This document shows, in pieces, positions 51,690-64,000 of a stretch of DNA of 64,000 nt (position 1 is its first letter; every line of letters starts with the position of its first letter). Location: the NCBI GenBank assembly GCA_965223905.1, contig CBDCXV010000011.1, forward strand, positions 768,001-832,000, in the 5' to 3' direction. Below the pieces are notes generated by a model that saw nothing but the letters and a program-made list of their open reading frames with translations, was not told the DNA's origin and ran no database searches. This DNA is from Candidatus Latescibacterota bacterium (lineage in GTDB: Bacteria > Latescibacterota > UBA2968 > UBA8231). The position numbers and the translations under genes were made by a program.

Positions 51690-52232
51690 CTACGACTTCT
51701 GAATGAAGCCGAGCCAGATAAGCAGAATGATCAGGCCGATCGTCGTAGCGTAGCCAATTTTGAGCAACTGCAACTTCATGGCCGCCCAATCGATTTGCCA
51801 GCGGGTTGGACGCGACCGTCTGAACCGGGGCCTGAAGGGTTCGTCGATTTCGCCTTGGAAGCGGTGCTCGTCGATCATCCGCACCAGCTCCGGATCGTAC
51901 TTGGCGATGGCGCGAAGGATCAGGCGCTTGCGACGCGCGACTTTCTCGCAAAATTCGTCCGCAGGCAGGGCCTTGCGCGAAGCCGCGGTAGCCCCATCCG
52001 GTTCACCCTCCCTTGAGCCGTCCCCACGGTCGGCGATCAGAATCACCGCCTGCTCGCGCTCGAGATTCTCCGCGAGACTGGAAACAACGTCGCGATCCTT
52101 GATGTTTTCGTGGATGACGGCGTAACAGGTATCGATGAACCGCTTGAAATCCTGGCGGATTTCCCCTTCCGAACGGCCTAGGAGATAGGACTCCTCGATT
52201 ATCTCTTCAATCGCTTCTCGGACTTTCGTCAT
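51690..52232 (-). CDS. Hypothetical protein with a C-terminal membrane anchor
   Basis: 180-aa ORF with protein-like composition and a hydrophobic tail. Confidence 0.65.
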   Translation of the reverse strand: MTKVREAIEEIIEESYLLGRSEGEIRQDFKRFIDTCYAVIHENIKDRDVVSSLAENLEREQAVILIADRGDGSREGEPDGATAASRKALPADEFCEKVARRKRLILRAIAKYDPELVRMIDEHRFQGEIDEPFRPRFRRSRPTRWQIDWAAMKLQLLKIGYATTIGLIILLIWLGFIQKS

Positions 52233-52401
52233 TTCCAGTACCGGAACGGGTTTGGCAAAATGTCGACCCGAGCAAGACCGCCAAGTATCGGGGAAAGCTG
52301 TATTGGGGAGTCAGCGACGCCCTGAAGCCACTCGAGATGGCAGCGAGAGTGGATTCTACTTCGCGACGGCGGCATTAGGGTACTCGATCCCCCCGGGTAA
52401 G

Positions 52402-54012
52402 TCAAGCGGTGTCTGGTCGCTCCATACCCCCGCGTTTTTGTCCGAATACCTCGAGGATCGCCTCGGGAACCGCATCCTGAATATCGCCTGCAACCAGCCC
52501 CCACTCCCCGATGCGGCCAGCGGCGATATCCCCGGCGCGGCCGTGCAGAAAGGCGCCACAGCATGCCGCTTCATCGATTGTCAGCCCTTGGGCGATCAGC
52601 CCTGCGATAAGCCCGGTCAGGACGTCCCCGGAGCCGGCGGTCGCCATGCCGGCATTCCCCGAGGGGCAGACGTAGGTACTTCCGTCCGGCAAACCGACAC
52701 AGGTAGGGGCGCCCTTGAGGAGGACGACGGCTCCACAGTCCTGGGCGAACCGGTTTACGTTCGCAATCGGATCCTCGGCGACTTCCTTCTTCGACAAACC
52801 GGTGAGTCGGCAGAATTCCCCCAGGTGGGGAGTCAACACCCTGTTCGGGCCCGAATCCGGTCTCCATGCGGATTCCCTGTATATATCGGAATGACCAGCC
52901 AGAGCATTCAGCCCGTCGGCGTCGACGACGGCCGGCAATTCCTCGCAGGCCAATACCCGGCGCACCAGTTCGGTGGTCTCCGGATGGGTTCCGAGACCGG
53001 GTCCGATCGCCAGCACGTTGGCGCGGGCGGCGATGCGGCGAATTTCCCCGAATGCCCTCAGGGACAGGCACCGGCGACGCCGGACCTCCGGCATGGGGCA
53101 GGTCATGGGTTCGGTCAGCTTCATCTCCAGAATGTCATTGAGGCTCTCGGGAATGGCCGCGGCAACCCGTCCCGCCCCGGTTCTGAGCGCCGTCATGGCG
53201 GTCAGTGCCGCGGCCCCGGTCATTCCCGCGGAACCGGCTACCACAACCACCGACCCGCAGTCCCCCTTGTGAGCGTTTTCCCGCCGACGCGGGATCAGTT
53301 CGGCCGCGGCCGCCTCCGAAATCAGGAACCCCGCCGCCGGAGCGGATTCAACCACCTCCTCCGGAAAACCGATTTCTACGAGGTGAAGCCGGCCGCAACG
53401 GCTGCGACCGGGGTGGAACAACTGACCGATCTTCGGGAGGCCGAAGGTGACGGTGACCGCGGCCTTTATGCTCGCACCCCGGACTTTGCCCGAATCAGCT
53501 TCGACTCCCGAGGGTATGTCGACGGAGACGACGGGTCGCCCACTGTCGTTGATCGATTCGATTATCCCTGCGGCATCATCCCGGGCAGCTCCCCGCAGTC
53601 CGGTACCCAGCAGGCAATCGACCACGAGATCGCACTCGGCGAGCATGTCCGCAGCACGGACCCCAGGAAATTCCCGTACCGATGCCCCTGTGGCGACGAG
53701 CAGGGCGTAGTGGTGGGCGGCATCGGGCGAAAACGCTGCCGGTTCGCAGGTGGTAAAGGCGTGAACGGGAACTCCCGCCTGGTGCAGCAGGCGTGCTATT
53801 GCGAAACCGTCCCCACCGTTGTTTCCCTTGCCGCAAACCACCGCGATCTCGAGCCCTTCGAGGCCGTTCCACTGGGAGCGGATCGTCTCCACTACCCGGA
53901 ACCCGGCGCGTTCCATCAACTCGATCCCGGGGATGCCGTGCCCATCGATGGTCGCCCTGTCGATGGCGGCCATCTGCCTGCCGGTAACCAGTTTGGTGCA
54001 CTCAACTCTCAT
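52402..54012 (-). CDS. nnr: Bifunctional NAD(P)HX epimerase/dehydratase
   Basis: GKGNNGGDG, DIPSG, AHKGDCG, DADGLN, ATAGSGDVL. Confidence 0.95.
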   Translation of the reverse strand: MRVECTKLVTGRQMAAIDRATIDGHGIPGIELMERAGFRVVETIRSQWNGLEGLEIAVVCGKGNNGGDGFAIARLLHQAGVPVHAFTTCEPAAFSPDAAHHYALLVATGASVREFPGVRAADMLAECDLVVDCLLGTGLRGAARDDAAGIIESINDSGRPVVSVDIPSGVEADSGKVRGASIKAAVTVTFGLPKIGQLFHPGRSRCGRLHLVEIGFPEEVVESAPAAGFLISEAAAAELIPRRRENAHKGDCGSVVVVAGSAGMTGAAALTAMTALRTGAGRVAAAIPESLNDILEMKLTEPMTCPMPEVRRRRCLSLRAFGEIRRIAARANVLAIGPGLGTHPETTELVRRVLACEELPAVVDADGLNALAGHSDIYRESAWRPDSGPNRVLTPHLGEFCRLTGLSKKEVAEDPIANVNRFAQDCGAVVLLKGAPTCVGLPDGSTYVCPSGNAGMATAGSGDVLTGLIAGLIAQGLTIDEAACCGAFLHGRAGDIAAGRIGEWGLVAGDIQDAVPEAILEVFGQKRGGMERPDTA

Positions 54013-54724
54013 TACCGTTCCTCAAGGTGGAACTGCACCCCTCCGCTTCCGGGGACAGGCGTCGCACCCAGGCGCTCTCCATCAGGGCAATGGCCGCGGA
54101 GATACCGCACAGCAGTCCGATTCCCGAGGCCAGTCCGAGGAAAAGCAGACTTGCGACGAGGGCGAGTAGAACCAGCGACCGGCCCGGGTTGGCAACAACG
54201 AGGAGCAGACTGCTGCGGCTGGCGCCCCGGAGGCCGGTCACGCCGGCGAGCAACATCGGTACGACGTATAGCGAGACCAGGAATAACCCCAACAACAACC
54301 AGCCCATGAGCCCGGAAAGAACCGCTCCAAGCAATCCGCCAAGGTGGTGATAGAAGATGAGGTTGACCGCCAGCAGGCAGGTCGTCGCCATTATTGCCAG
54401 TCCCGCACTCTGGGCGCGCAGGGCGTGTTGGGGCAGCTGCCCGGCCAGGGACCTGAATGAAGCCCCGCGACCATCGAGCCACTGTTGGGATGCGAGAAAC
54501 AAAAGGACCGTCGGGGGAGCAAACCAGACGAACTCGGTGGCGAGAACGATGGCCAGCACCTGGGCATGAGGTGCCCAATCCCCCTGAAGGGCCGCCCCGT
54601 ACAGAACCGCAGCCGCGGCGACGGCGAGCCAGGGTATCGAGAACAGCGACCACAGGATGTTGATGCAGATCAGGCCACCGAAGTGGTCGTACGCGGCGCG
54701 CAGGAATTCCTTGAAAACATCCAC
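54002..54724 (-). CDS. DUF624/YesL-like membrane protein
   Basis: Multiple TM segments, NILWSLFSIP; translationally coupled. Confidence 0.65.
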   Translation of the reverse strand: MDVFKEFLRAAYDHFGGLICINILWSLFSIPWLAVAAAAVLYGAALQGDWAPHAQVLAIVLATEFVWFAPPTVLLFLASQQWLDGRGASFRSLAGQLPQHALRAQSAGLAIMATTCLLAVNLIFYHHLGGLLGAVLSGLMGWLLLGLFLVSLYVVPMLLAGVTGLRGASRSSLLLVVANPGRSLVLLALVASLLFLGLASGIGLLCGISAAIALMESAWVRRLSPEAEGCSSTLRNGNES

Positions 54725-54730
54725 CCGCGC

Positions 54731-55966
54731 TCACACCCCCGTAAGCATGAAGTGGGCGTAGGTCTTCGCCGTGCTGGCGACATCCCGCAGGCGGACGCGC
54801 TCGTCCGCACCGTGGGCCCGCCGGCCGTCGACCCCGTAGCCGATGGCCGGAATGCCGGCTTCCTCAATGAAGAAATGGAGGTCGGTAAATCCGCTCGTGA
54901 CGCGAAATCCCGCACTGCGGCGGCGCACCGCCTTGACGGAACGGGAAAACCGCTGCGGAAGATCGTGAGCGGCATCCATCACGCAGGGGTCGATCCTCAG
55001 TGCCGTTTCGACCCGGCAGCGAACCTGCGGCTGCGTCGCCGCCCCCACGGCAATGCTGGAACGCAGCTCCCGTTCCGCCTGCCCGAGGCGCTCGTTGGGG
55101 GGAACCCGCCGATCGATGCTGAAGGAGGCATCGCCCGGAACCGTATTGACCTTCTGGCCGGTTCCTCCGAAGACCCCCCCGATATTCAGCGTCGGATAGC
55201 GGTCCTTTCCGTTGAAATCTCGGTACCTTCTCGCGGCAGTAGCCAGTTCCTTCTTGTGTCGCTGCAGGTGACCGGCAACAGCGAGCATCGCTTCAAACGC
55301 GTTGCGACCCTGGTCGGGGTTCGAGGCGTGCGCCGGTTTTCCCTGAAGGTGGACATACAGCCACATTACCCCGTTGTGACCGAGGCCTACCCGCGTGCCC
55401 GAAGCTCCCTCGCACACGACGGCGCTCTCGGCATTCACCAGTCCCTGGCGAACGATGTACCCGGCACCCAGCTCTCCGCCCGTCTCCTCGTCGGCGGTGA
55501 ATGAGCACTCGATGTTGAACGCCGGCTGCGCTCCGCTACGGCGAAGGCAATCGATGGCAGTCAGCAGGGCGACGATCGATCCCTTCATGTCTCCGGAACC
55601 GCGCCCGTACATCCAGCCGTTCTCCTCCTGTGGCTGAAAGGGGGGGAACTTCCATTTTCCCGCTGCCGGGACGACATCGTAATGAGCGTTGAAGTGGACG
55701 GTGCGCCCCGCACCCACGTCCCACCGCGCGATCAGATTGTAGCGGGGATAGCCCGCAGCGATTCCCGCCCCTTCGGCGGTATTCGCAGGCACCTGATGAA
55801 CGCGCGTCTCCATGCCGAGGCCTGCACAGGATTTCTCCAGACAGTCCACCATCTCCCCGTAGCGTTCCCCGGGAGGATTGACGGTGGGGATCGCTACCAG
55901 CCTGCGCAGCCGGGAGGCAATACGGCTGCCGGAACGATCCACCTGTTCGAGGGCTGCAAGGGTCAT
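54731..55966 (-). CDS. M20 family ArgE/DapE-like metallohydrolase
   Basis: NAHYDVVP, GRGSGDMKG, DEETGG, AHGADE. Confidence 0.92.
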   Translation of the reverse strand: MTLAALEQVDRSGSRIASRLRRLVAIPTVNPPGERYGEMVDCLEKSCAGLGMETRVHQVPANTAEGAGIAAGYPRYNLIARWDVGAGRTVHFNAHYDVVPAAGKWKFPPFQPQEENGWMYGRGSGDMKGSIVALLTAIDCLRRSGAQPAFNIECSFTADEETGGELGAGYIVRQGLVNAESAVVCEGASGTRVGLGHNGVMWLYVHLQGKPAHASNPDQGRNAFEAMLAVAGHLQRHKKELATAARRYRDFNGKDRYPTLNIGGVFGGTGQKVNTVPGDASFSIDRRVPPNERLGQAERELRSSIAVGAATQPQVRCRVETALRIDPCVMDAAHDLPQRFSRSVKAVRRRSAGFRVTSGFTDLHFFIEEAGIPAIGYGVDGRRAHGADERVRLRDVASTAKTYAHFMLTGV

Positions 55967-55972
55967 TCCGGT

Positions 55973-57193
55973 TCACCCGACTCCTTCCGAGGATTGTGCC
56001 GCCCCTCCGGTGGTCTCCGTTGTTTCGGACTCCCTGATCAAGGTCGAGCTCAAATCGCTGCGGAACAGGCTTTCCGGCACTTCGACGAAGAGATTCGCGA
56101 AGCGCCGGGGAAGGTCGAGGTCGCTCACGGTCGCGAACCGATTCTGTTGCAGGCGACCGGCGACGTAGAACCGGCACGAAGCCTGATCCAACTCGGACAG
56201 AGCTTCGGACACCGCCGCTTCGCGGCCCCCGTAATAGGCAGTATCGAGCAGCCGTACCGCGGTATCGTAGCCGATGGCGAAATGGCAGCCGGGAAAGAGG
56301 CGCGCTTTTTCAACAAAGGTGGCTGCCCTGGTTACGAAGACCGGCAGCGAGGTCGTGTTCAGCCTGGCGAGGACTTCTGCGTAGGTCAATTCTGGTTTGT
56401 CGACGTTGGCGATCGACAGTTCCAGCATGGGGGGGAGTCCGCTCAACTCCCCCGCGGCCCGCGCCAACCCCAGATGACCTTCGTGTTGAGGATTGAAGGA
56501 GCCTGACAGAAGCAGACGCTCATCCGCTCGGGTTGGTTTTGCGGGTTTCCCGCCGGCACCGGTGGAGGGCGGATTCCAGACGGCTACCTCCCGCTCTCCA
56601 CACATGACATCTTCGATTTCCGCCACTACGGGGAGACGGCGGCGGCGGAGCTCCCACCAGGATTGCGAGCAGGGGTATGCAGGAACCGAAACTCCGCATG
56701 CCCGGGCAAGTGCGAAAACCAGTTCCCTGCTCAACACATCCTCCTGATCGAGGCGGCCGGCTTTCCCCTTCTCGAAGGCAATCGACAAGGTCTCGTAGGA
56801 ATCTCGGGAGCGCACCGCGATCCGGGCTCTGTCCTCGCCCCGCCGCTTGCGGGTCGTAGCGAGAGCGGCTGTGCAGCCTGCGCCGATGCAGTCGGGAGCT
56901 GCCCCCCCCGTCGGACCTGCACTGACGAGTTCCACGGTCCGGCAATAGGCGCGGTGGGCCATCAGCCGCGCGGTCTCCTCATTGACCGGAAACGGTCTCG
57001 GCAGACTCAGGAAGCCTTGGAGGGCGCCGGGGTGGTAGGGCACCTGCACCTCGACGACGGCGCGCGAGGCACCCGGGTGATTCACCAGCCACGGAATCGC
57101 GACGCTCCCCCCGCCGGTGGCCGCCAGGCCGATCCTGGTGGCGGAACCGATGATGCCCTCGACGGCATCCCAGATCTGGCGCGGAGTGCTCAA
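55973..57193 (-). CDS. CinA-like domain fused to an HxGH nucleotidyltransferase (NMNAT-like)
   Basis: TGGGS...PGASR N-domain; SGSFNPQHEGH, NVDKP, FVEKA, GYDT, LSST. Confidence 0.75.
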   Translation of the reverse strand: MSTPRQIWDAVEGIIGSATRIGLAATGGGSVAIPWLVNHPGASRAVVEVQVPYHPGALQGFLSLPRPFPVNEETARLMAHRAYCRTVELVSAGPTGGAAPDCIGAGCTAALATTRKRRGEDRARIAVRSRDSYETLSIAFEKGKAGRLDQEDVLSRELVFALARACGVSVPAYPCSQSWWELRRRRLPVVAEIEDVMCGEREVAVWNPPSTGAGGKPAKPTRADERLLLSGSFNPQHEGHLGLARAAGELSGLPPMLELSIANVDKPELTYAEVLARLNTTSLPVFVTRAATFVEKARLFPGCHFAIGYDTAVRLLDTAYYGGREAAVSEALSELDQASCRFYVAGRLQQNRFATVSDLDLPRRFANLFVEVPESLFRSDLSSTLIRESETTETTGGAAQSSEGVG

Positions 57194-57238
57194 TGAACCA
57201 GTCGCGAGGACGCGTCGGCAGTCGGAACGCCTGCAGTC

Positions 57239-58663
57239 TCACTCTGCCAACGACAGGGCATAATCGAACACGCCCCGAACACCCCACCCGAGGAGGAACA
57301 GTCCGCTGGCGATATTGAGAACGAGAAGGGGCCGCTTCATCTGCAATTCTGGCGGTAGGAAGCGGCGGTCTGTCCAGACCATCAGAAGGCACCAGAGTCC
57401 GCACGTCAGCACGCCGCCGAAGATGGCCGCCGGGGTTACGATCTGAACGGGATTCCCCCCCAGCCACATGATGGCGACTCCAAAAATGCCGCAGTAGGCG
57501 ACCACCCAGATCCGCAATTGCGACAAGGGCATGTCCCTGACCTTTGCTACTAGCGGTCGCAGACACTCATGGGTCGTGCGCACGTACAGCTCGTAGGCTC
57601 CCATGATCGTCCCCATGAAGGCGATGAAGATGCCGACCTGGTAGAGATATAGAAGGCGGGGATCCAGCCGGGTCAGGAATTCCGCCTGCACCGAGAGCAG
57701 CTGCAGGCCGGAGGGAACGATCTGCTGCGGATGGAGGATGACGGCCCCGAGGATCATGAACGCCATCGTGAACAGGACGATACAGGCGAAGGATCCCACG
57801 GAATCGATGAGAGGTGCGCGCAGCCAGATCCGCCCCCTTTCCAGGTTGTCCGGTTGTTCGTTCAACGGAACCCCGGAGGAGCCCCCGATCACGCGCTTGC
57901 CCAGCAGTCCCCAGCCCTTCTCACGCAGCATCCCGATATAGCCGAAATAATCCTGGGTGCCCCCGCCGATGGCGCCGAGATAGGTACCGAGCTCGATCCA
58001 GGGGGACCGCGACCCCACTTCGGGGTATTTCTCCAGCAGCCATGGCTGATACGCCGGAATGCTCGGCACGATTGTCCCGTATGCTACGGCCAGCCAGTCG
58101 GGATCGGTGACGAAGACCGCGATCAGTATGAAGACCAGGAGCAGACCCACGATCAGGGTTTGGACGCGCTCGAGCATTGCGTAGCTCTGCACCATGGTCA
58201 AGGCGATAGCGGCGGCCACAAAGGCAGTGCCCCAAACCCGCGGATCCCCCCACACCTGCTGTTCCCCGAGGCCGAAGATCCAGACCGTGAGGCCACCCAG
58301 CATCTTCGGCAGCCCCGACAACCAAAGTGGGAAGCAGAGCAGGGTGCCGATTACCAGGACCCACACCGCCCAGCTTTGCGGTCCGGGCAGGTGCTTCCAG
58401 CGCTCGATCGGATGCTCCCCTGTCAGCGTGATGTAGCGGGCGGCGCTGTAGACCTGGACGAATTTCATGATGCCGCCGCCGACGAAACACCACAGCAAGG
58501 CATATCCGAACACCGCCCCCCCGCGGGAGGCGAAAACCGTCTCCCCGCTGCCGATGGTGACCGAGGCGATGATAGCTCCCGGACCGAAGAATTTCAGACA
58601 GGCCCAGGGGCTGCGGCGGCGCAGCGTTTCAGGCGGTTCGGGGTAACTCAGGGGCTGGGGCAT
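57239..58663 (-). CDS. Nramp-like/APC superfamily transporter
   Basis: GPGAIIASVTIGSGE, ~11 TM helices. Confidence 0.82.
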   Translation of the reverse strand: MPQPLSYPEPPETLRRRSPWACLKFFGPGAIIASVTIGSGETVFASRGGAVFGYALLWCFVGGGIMKFVQVYSAARYITLTGEHPIERWKHLPGPQSWAVWVLVIGTLLCFPLWLSGLPKMLGGLTVWIFGLGEQQVWGDPRVWGTAFVAAAIALTMVQSYAMLERVQTLIVGLLLVFILIAVFVTDPDWLAVAYGTIVPSIPAYQPWLLEKYPEVGSRSPWIELGTYLGAIGGGTQDYFGYIGMLREKGWGLLGKRVIGGSSGVPLNEQPDNLERGRIWLRAPLIDSVGSFACIVLFTMAFMILGAVILHPQQIVPSGLQLLSVQAEFLTRLDPRLLYLYQVGIFIAFMGTIMGAYELYVRTTHECLRPLVAKVRDMPLSQLRIWVVAYCGIFGVAIMWLGGNPVQIVTPAAIFGGVLTCGLWCLLMVWTDRRFLPPELQMKRPLLVLNIASGLFLLGWGVRGVFDYALSLAE

Positions 58664-58741
58664 TCGGGAAGGGCTCGGTGTCGGCGGTCGGCATCCGGAG
58701 GTATGGCCTGCCGCGGGTCGATGTGGTGAAATCGGGCGTCC

Positions 58742-58770
58742 ATTATATCGGGGCCCCGGCGGGATGTCAA
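58742..58770 (-). promoter_or_regulatory. Perfect-consensus sigma70 promoter
   Basis: TTGACA-N17-TATAAT. Confidence 0.75.
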
Positions 58771-58994
58771 TCGCCATTCGAACCCGCAACCGGCGGCTGA
58801 CGGGGGCTCGATATCGCTCTCCACGGTGGTTGACACTTCACGCCCCACCACCTTAACGTACCGGAACATTCCGGCTTGAAGTTCAGATTCTGCGCCGCTT
58901 TTCATTCGGCTCAGCACCGGCTCCTGGAGCCGGTTGCCCGGCTTCGCCTGCAAGGCGACCTCACCACGACTCCTGGACCAGGGGGGACATTCCC

Positions 58995-61250
<2,256 letters not shown>

Positions 61251-61256
61251 GCAGAC

Positions 61257-61835
61257 ATGGACCTGCAGCGGATCGAAGTCAAGTTCTATCTCGAGGAAGG
61301 ATCGTCGATAAGCGCCGATGATGCCTTTCGCGTCTTCAACGCCTGGATTCCGGAAACGAGCGCAGAAACCCTCGTCGACGTCGCCGACTACAGCCATGTT
61401 CCCGACGGACCGCGAACGCTGCTTGTCGGGCACGAGCACAACTACGCACTCGACTGCAGTGACCGCCGCCTTGGACTGTACTGCGCCCGCAAGATAGAAA
61501 TCGGTGGAGGGATCGAGGAACGCCTTCGCTCCGCCTTGATGACTACACTCCAGGCATGCCGAAGGCTGGAAAGGGAATCGGGGCTCGCCGGGAAGGTTCG
61601 CTTCCGCGGGGATGAGCTTTTGTTGACTGTCAACGACCGGCTCAACGCACCCAACACCGAGGAGACGGCTTCGGTGCTGGAACCGCATCTCCGCTCCGTC
61701 CTCGGCAGCATATATCCGGGCGCAGAGGTTGCCACCGATCGCGACCCCGACCCCAGGCAGCGCTTCACCCTGCGAATCAAGGTCGCCGGGGATTTCGATG
61801 TCGACACGCTGCTGGCAAACGTTCGTGGCGATTGA
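61257..61835 (+). CDS. Hypothetical protein coupled to the reductase
   Basis: 192 aa, 6 bp after the reductase stop; DVADYSHVPDGP. Confidence 0.8.
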   Translation: MDLQRIEVKFYLEEGSSISADDAFRVFNAWIPETSAETLVDVADYSHVPDGPRTLLVGHEHNYALDCSDRRLGLYCARKIEIGGGIEERLRSALMTTLQACRRLERESGLAGKVRFRGDELLLTVNDRLNAPNTEETASVLEPHLRSVLGSIYPGAEVATDRDPDPRQRFTLRIKVAGDFDVDTLLANVRGD

Positions 61836-62060
61836 TCCGACACCTTCGCCAATCGAACCCCTCCCCCTTGCTGCCGCTTCTGCAACGACCTGCTTGCCGG
61901 AAACCCGGGTAATCTTCTCCCTTCCCTCTCCCCTGTGAATGGCGGGAGTCGTGCTCGCGGCCCGTTTTCTTGACAGTTCTATTTCCCCTCTGTATATACG
62001 AACTATCCGGTTGTTATTTCGCCGCTGGGACAATTTCTGACAAAAAGCAGGAGGGAATAA

Positions 62061-62312
62061 ATGACGTACGTCATCGCCGAGCCGTGTATCGATGTAAAGG
62101 ACAAGGGCTGTGTCGAGGTTTGTCCCGTCGATTGCATTCATCCCACGGACGGTGAGGGTGTCAACATGCTCTACATCGACCCTGACGAGTGCATCGACTG
62201 TGGGGCCTGCGAGCCGGAGTGCCCGGTAGAAGCGATCTTCGCCGAGGAAGATCTCCCCGAAGAGTGGCACAACTATATCGAGATCAACGCCAACTACTTC
62301 AAGAACAAGTAA
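62061..62312 (+). CDS. 7Fe-type dicluster ferredoxin
   Basis: [29 protein letters not shown]; SD AGGAGG. Confidence 0.96.
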   Translation: MTYVIAEPCIDVKDKGCVEVCPVDCIHPTDGEGVNMLYIDPDECIDCGACEPECPVEAIFAEEDLPEEWHNYIEINANYFKNK

Positions 62313-62527
62313 CCGTCGACCAATTCGTTCGATTGCAGGCAGTGGCGACTCGCCACTGCCTTTTTTCGTGCCTGGCGCAACCGGCATTCCCCCCCGTGCG
62401 GGGGCGACATCCGGCGTTATATGAGGATCCGGGCCGTGTTGACGTTTTCGGCAATCGGCCTCTATCTTTCCCGGCTTATCATAGGACTCGAATAACGTCA
62501 CGCCCCGGGGCGGCAGCTGAGACGACC

Positions 62528-63622
62528 ATGGCGCAAAAGCAGAAATCGAAGACATCCGGCAAAAGGAAGACGGCCAAGTCCCCGGTGAAAAAAGCCGGGA
62601 ACTCTGGAAAGATCCCCCCTGCCCGTACCGGCTCAGGCCCCGTCCGCCGCCGGGAAACAGCGAAGATCGACTCCGATTTGGCTTGGGGTATGTACAGGAG
62701 GATGTGGGAGATACGCAAGTTCGAAGAACATGTATGGGACGTGTACACCCGCGGACTGATGCCGGGGCTGGCGCATCTGTACATAGGGGAAGAGGGGGTC
62801 GCAGTGGGCGCCTGTTCGGCCCTTCGCGAGGAGGACTACATCACCAGCACCCACCGAGGACACGGCCATTGCCTCGCGAAGGGAGCTGCCCTGGACCGGA
62901 TGATGGCGGAGATCATGGGCAAGGAAGCCGGATACTGCCGCGGCAAGGGTGGATCGATGCATATCGCCGACTTCTCCGCAGGCAACCTCGGTGCCAACGG
63001 CATTGTCGGGGGGAGCTTCGGCATCGCCACCGGTGCGGCACTGTCTGCCAAGATGCGCGGCTCAAACCAGGTTGCCCTCTGTTTCTTCGGTGACGGAGCC
63101 GCGAATCAAGGCATCCTTCTCGAGACCGTGAACATGGCCGTCATCTGGGGGCTGCCGGTGGTCTACATCTGCGAAAACAACCAGTACGGGGAGCACACTC
63201 CATTCGACAAGGTCACCGGGGTCGATCAGATAGTAAAGCGGGCCGCCGGACTGGGGTTGGAGGGTGTCCGGCTCGACGGTTCCGATGTGGTCGAAATGTA
63301 CAGGGGAGTTTCCAAGGCGGTGGAGAAAGCACGCAGTGGCAACGGCCCGACCTTCATCGAAGCCGACACCTACCGGTATCGAGGGCATCACGTCGGCGAC
63401 GACGCCGGGTACCGCACCAAAGAGGAGCTCGACTGGTGGATGCAGAACAAGGATCCGATCAACCGCCTTGGGGAGCAGATGATCGCCTGGAAGATGGCGA
63501 GCAAGTCGGAGCTGAAGACGCTCGAAGAACAGGTCGAAGACGAAGTCGTCGAAGCGGTTGAGTTCGGACGCAACGCCGAACTGCCGCCGCCGGAACAGGC
63601 CTTTGAGGATATCTATGCCTGA
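62528..63622 (+). CDS. TPP-dependent 2-oxoacid/acetoin dehydrogenase E1 alpha
   Basis: THRGHGH, GKGGSMH, GDGA...ENNQY, YRYRGHH. Confidence 0.95.
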   Translation: MAQKQKSKTSGKRKTAKSPVKKAGNSGKIPPARTGSGPVRRRETAKIDSDLAWGMYRRMWEIRKFEEHVWDVYTRGLMPGLAHLYIGEEGVAVGACSALREEDYITSTHRGHGHCLAKGAALDRMMAEIMGKEAGYCRGKGGSMHIADFSAGNLGANGIVGGSFGIATGAALSAKMRGSNQVALCFFGDGAANQGILLETVNMAVIWGLPVVYICENNQYGEHTPFDKVTGVDQIVKRAAGLGLEGVRLDGSDVVEMYRGVSKAVEKARSGNGPTFIEADTYRYRGHHVGDDAGYRTKEELDWWMQNKDPINRLGEQMIAWKMASKSELKTLEEQVEDEVVEAVEFGRNAELPPPEQAFEDIYA

Positions 63623-64000
63623 GATCGCCGAAATCAGTTTCAGAGAGGCCATCATCGAGGCTATGGCCGAGGAAATGCGTCGCGACGAGACAGTCTTCCT
63701 TATGGGCGAGGATGTCGGCAAATCGGGCGGCATCTTCAAGTGCAGCGAGGGACTGTTCGAGGAGTTCGGCGGGGAACGGGTTATCGATGCTCCCATCGCG
63801 GAGGCTGGCTACATCGGTGTAAGCGTCGGTGCGGCGATGACGGGAATGCGTCCAATTGCAGAACTGATGTTCGGCGACTTTTCCCTGTTGACGATGGACC
63901 AGTTGGTAAACCAGGCCGCCAAGGTCCGCTACATGACCGGGGGCCAGTGCAAGGTCTGCCTGACAGTGCGTCTTTCGATGGGTGCAGGGCGTTCTTCCGC
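63615..64000 (+). CDS. E1 beta subunit (partial)
   Basis: MPEIAEISFREAI...MGEDVG...DAPIAE...DQLVNQAAK. Confidence 0.93.
   Translation, partial: MPEIAEISFREAIIEAMAEEMRRDETVFLMGEDVGKSGGIFKCSEGLFEEFGGERVIDAPIAEAGYIGVSVGAAMTGMRPIAELMFGDFSLLTMDQLVNQAAKVRYMTGGQCKVCLTVRLSMGAGRSS

Overview
GC-rich bacterial chromosomal window. The gene content suggests an FCB-superphylum lineage (Latescibacterota/Gemmatimonadota-like); this is inference only. Positions 1-12.8 kb hold the core cluster on the minus strand: tRNA-Gly, tRNA-Thr, rpmG, tRNA-Trp, secE, nusG, rplKAJL, rpoBC, rpsL and partial rpsG. It lacks tuf, and RpoB carries two substitutions in the rifamycin pocket. Next is a 5.6 kb chain of three abutting IS630 elements with a nested IS3. 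The central region holds greA, ygfZ, dinB, an ISKra4-like element, an lhgO-unknown-larA operon, zapA, infC (ATC start), an IS3 with a nested IS1595, several decaying metabolic genes and an orphan rplC. The right part holds carB-TPR lipoprotein-pyrK-pyrD-rlpA, an NAD repair/salvage-like operon, a sulfite/nitrite reductase with ferredoxin, and E1 alpha/beta subunits. The most unusual signals are tandem NrdR-type boxes far from any ribonucleotide reductase gene: one pair lies over a promoter driving a short terminated RNA before zapA, and another lies inside a 151-bp MITE. No CRISPR array or rRNA was seen.
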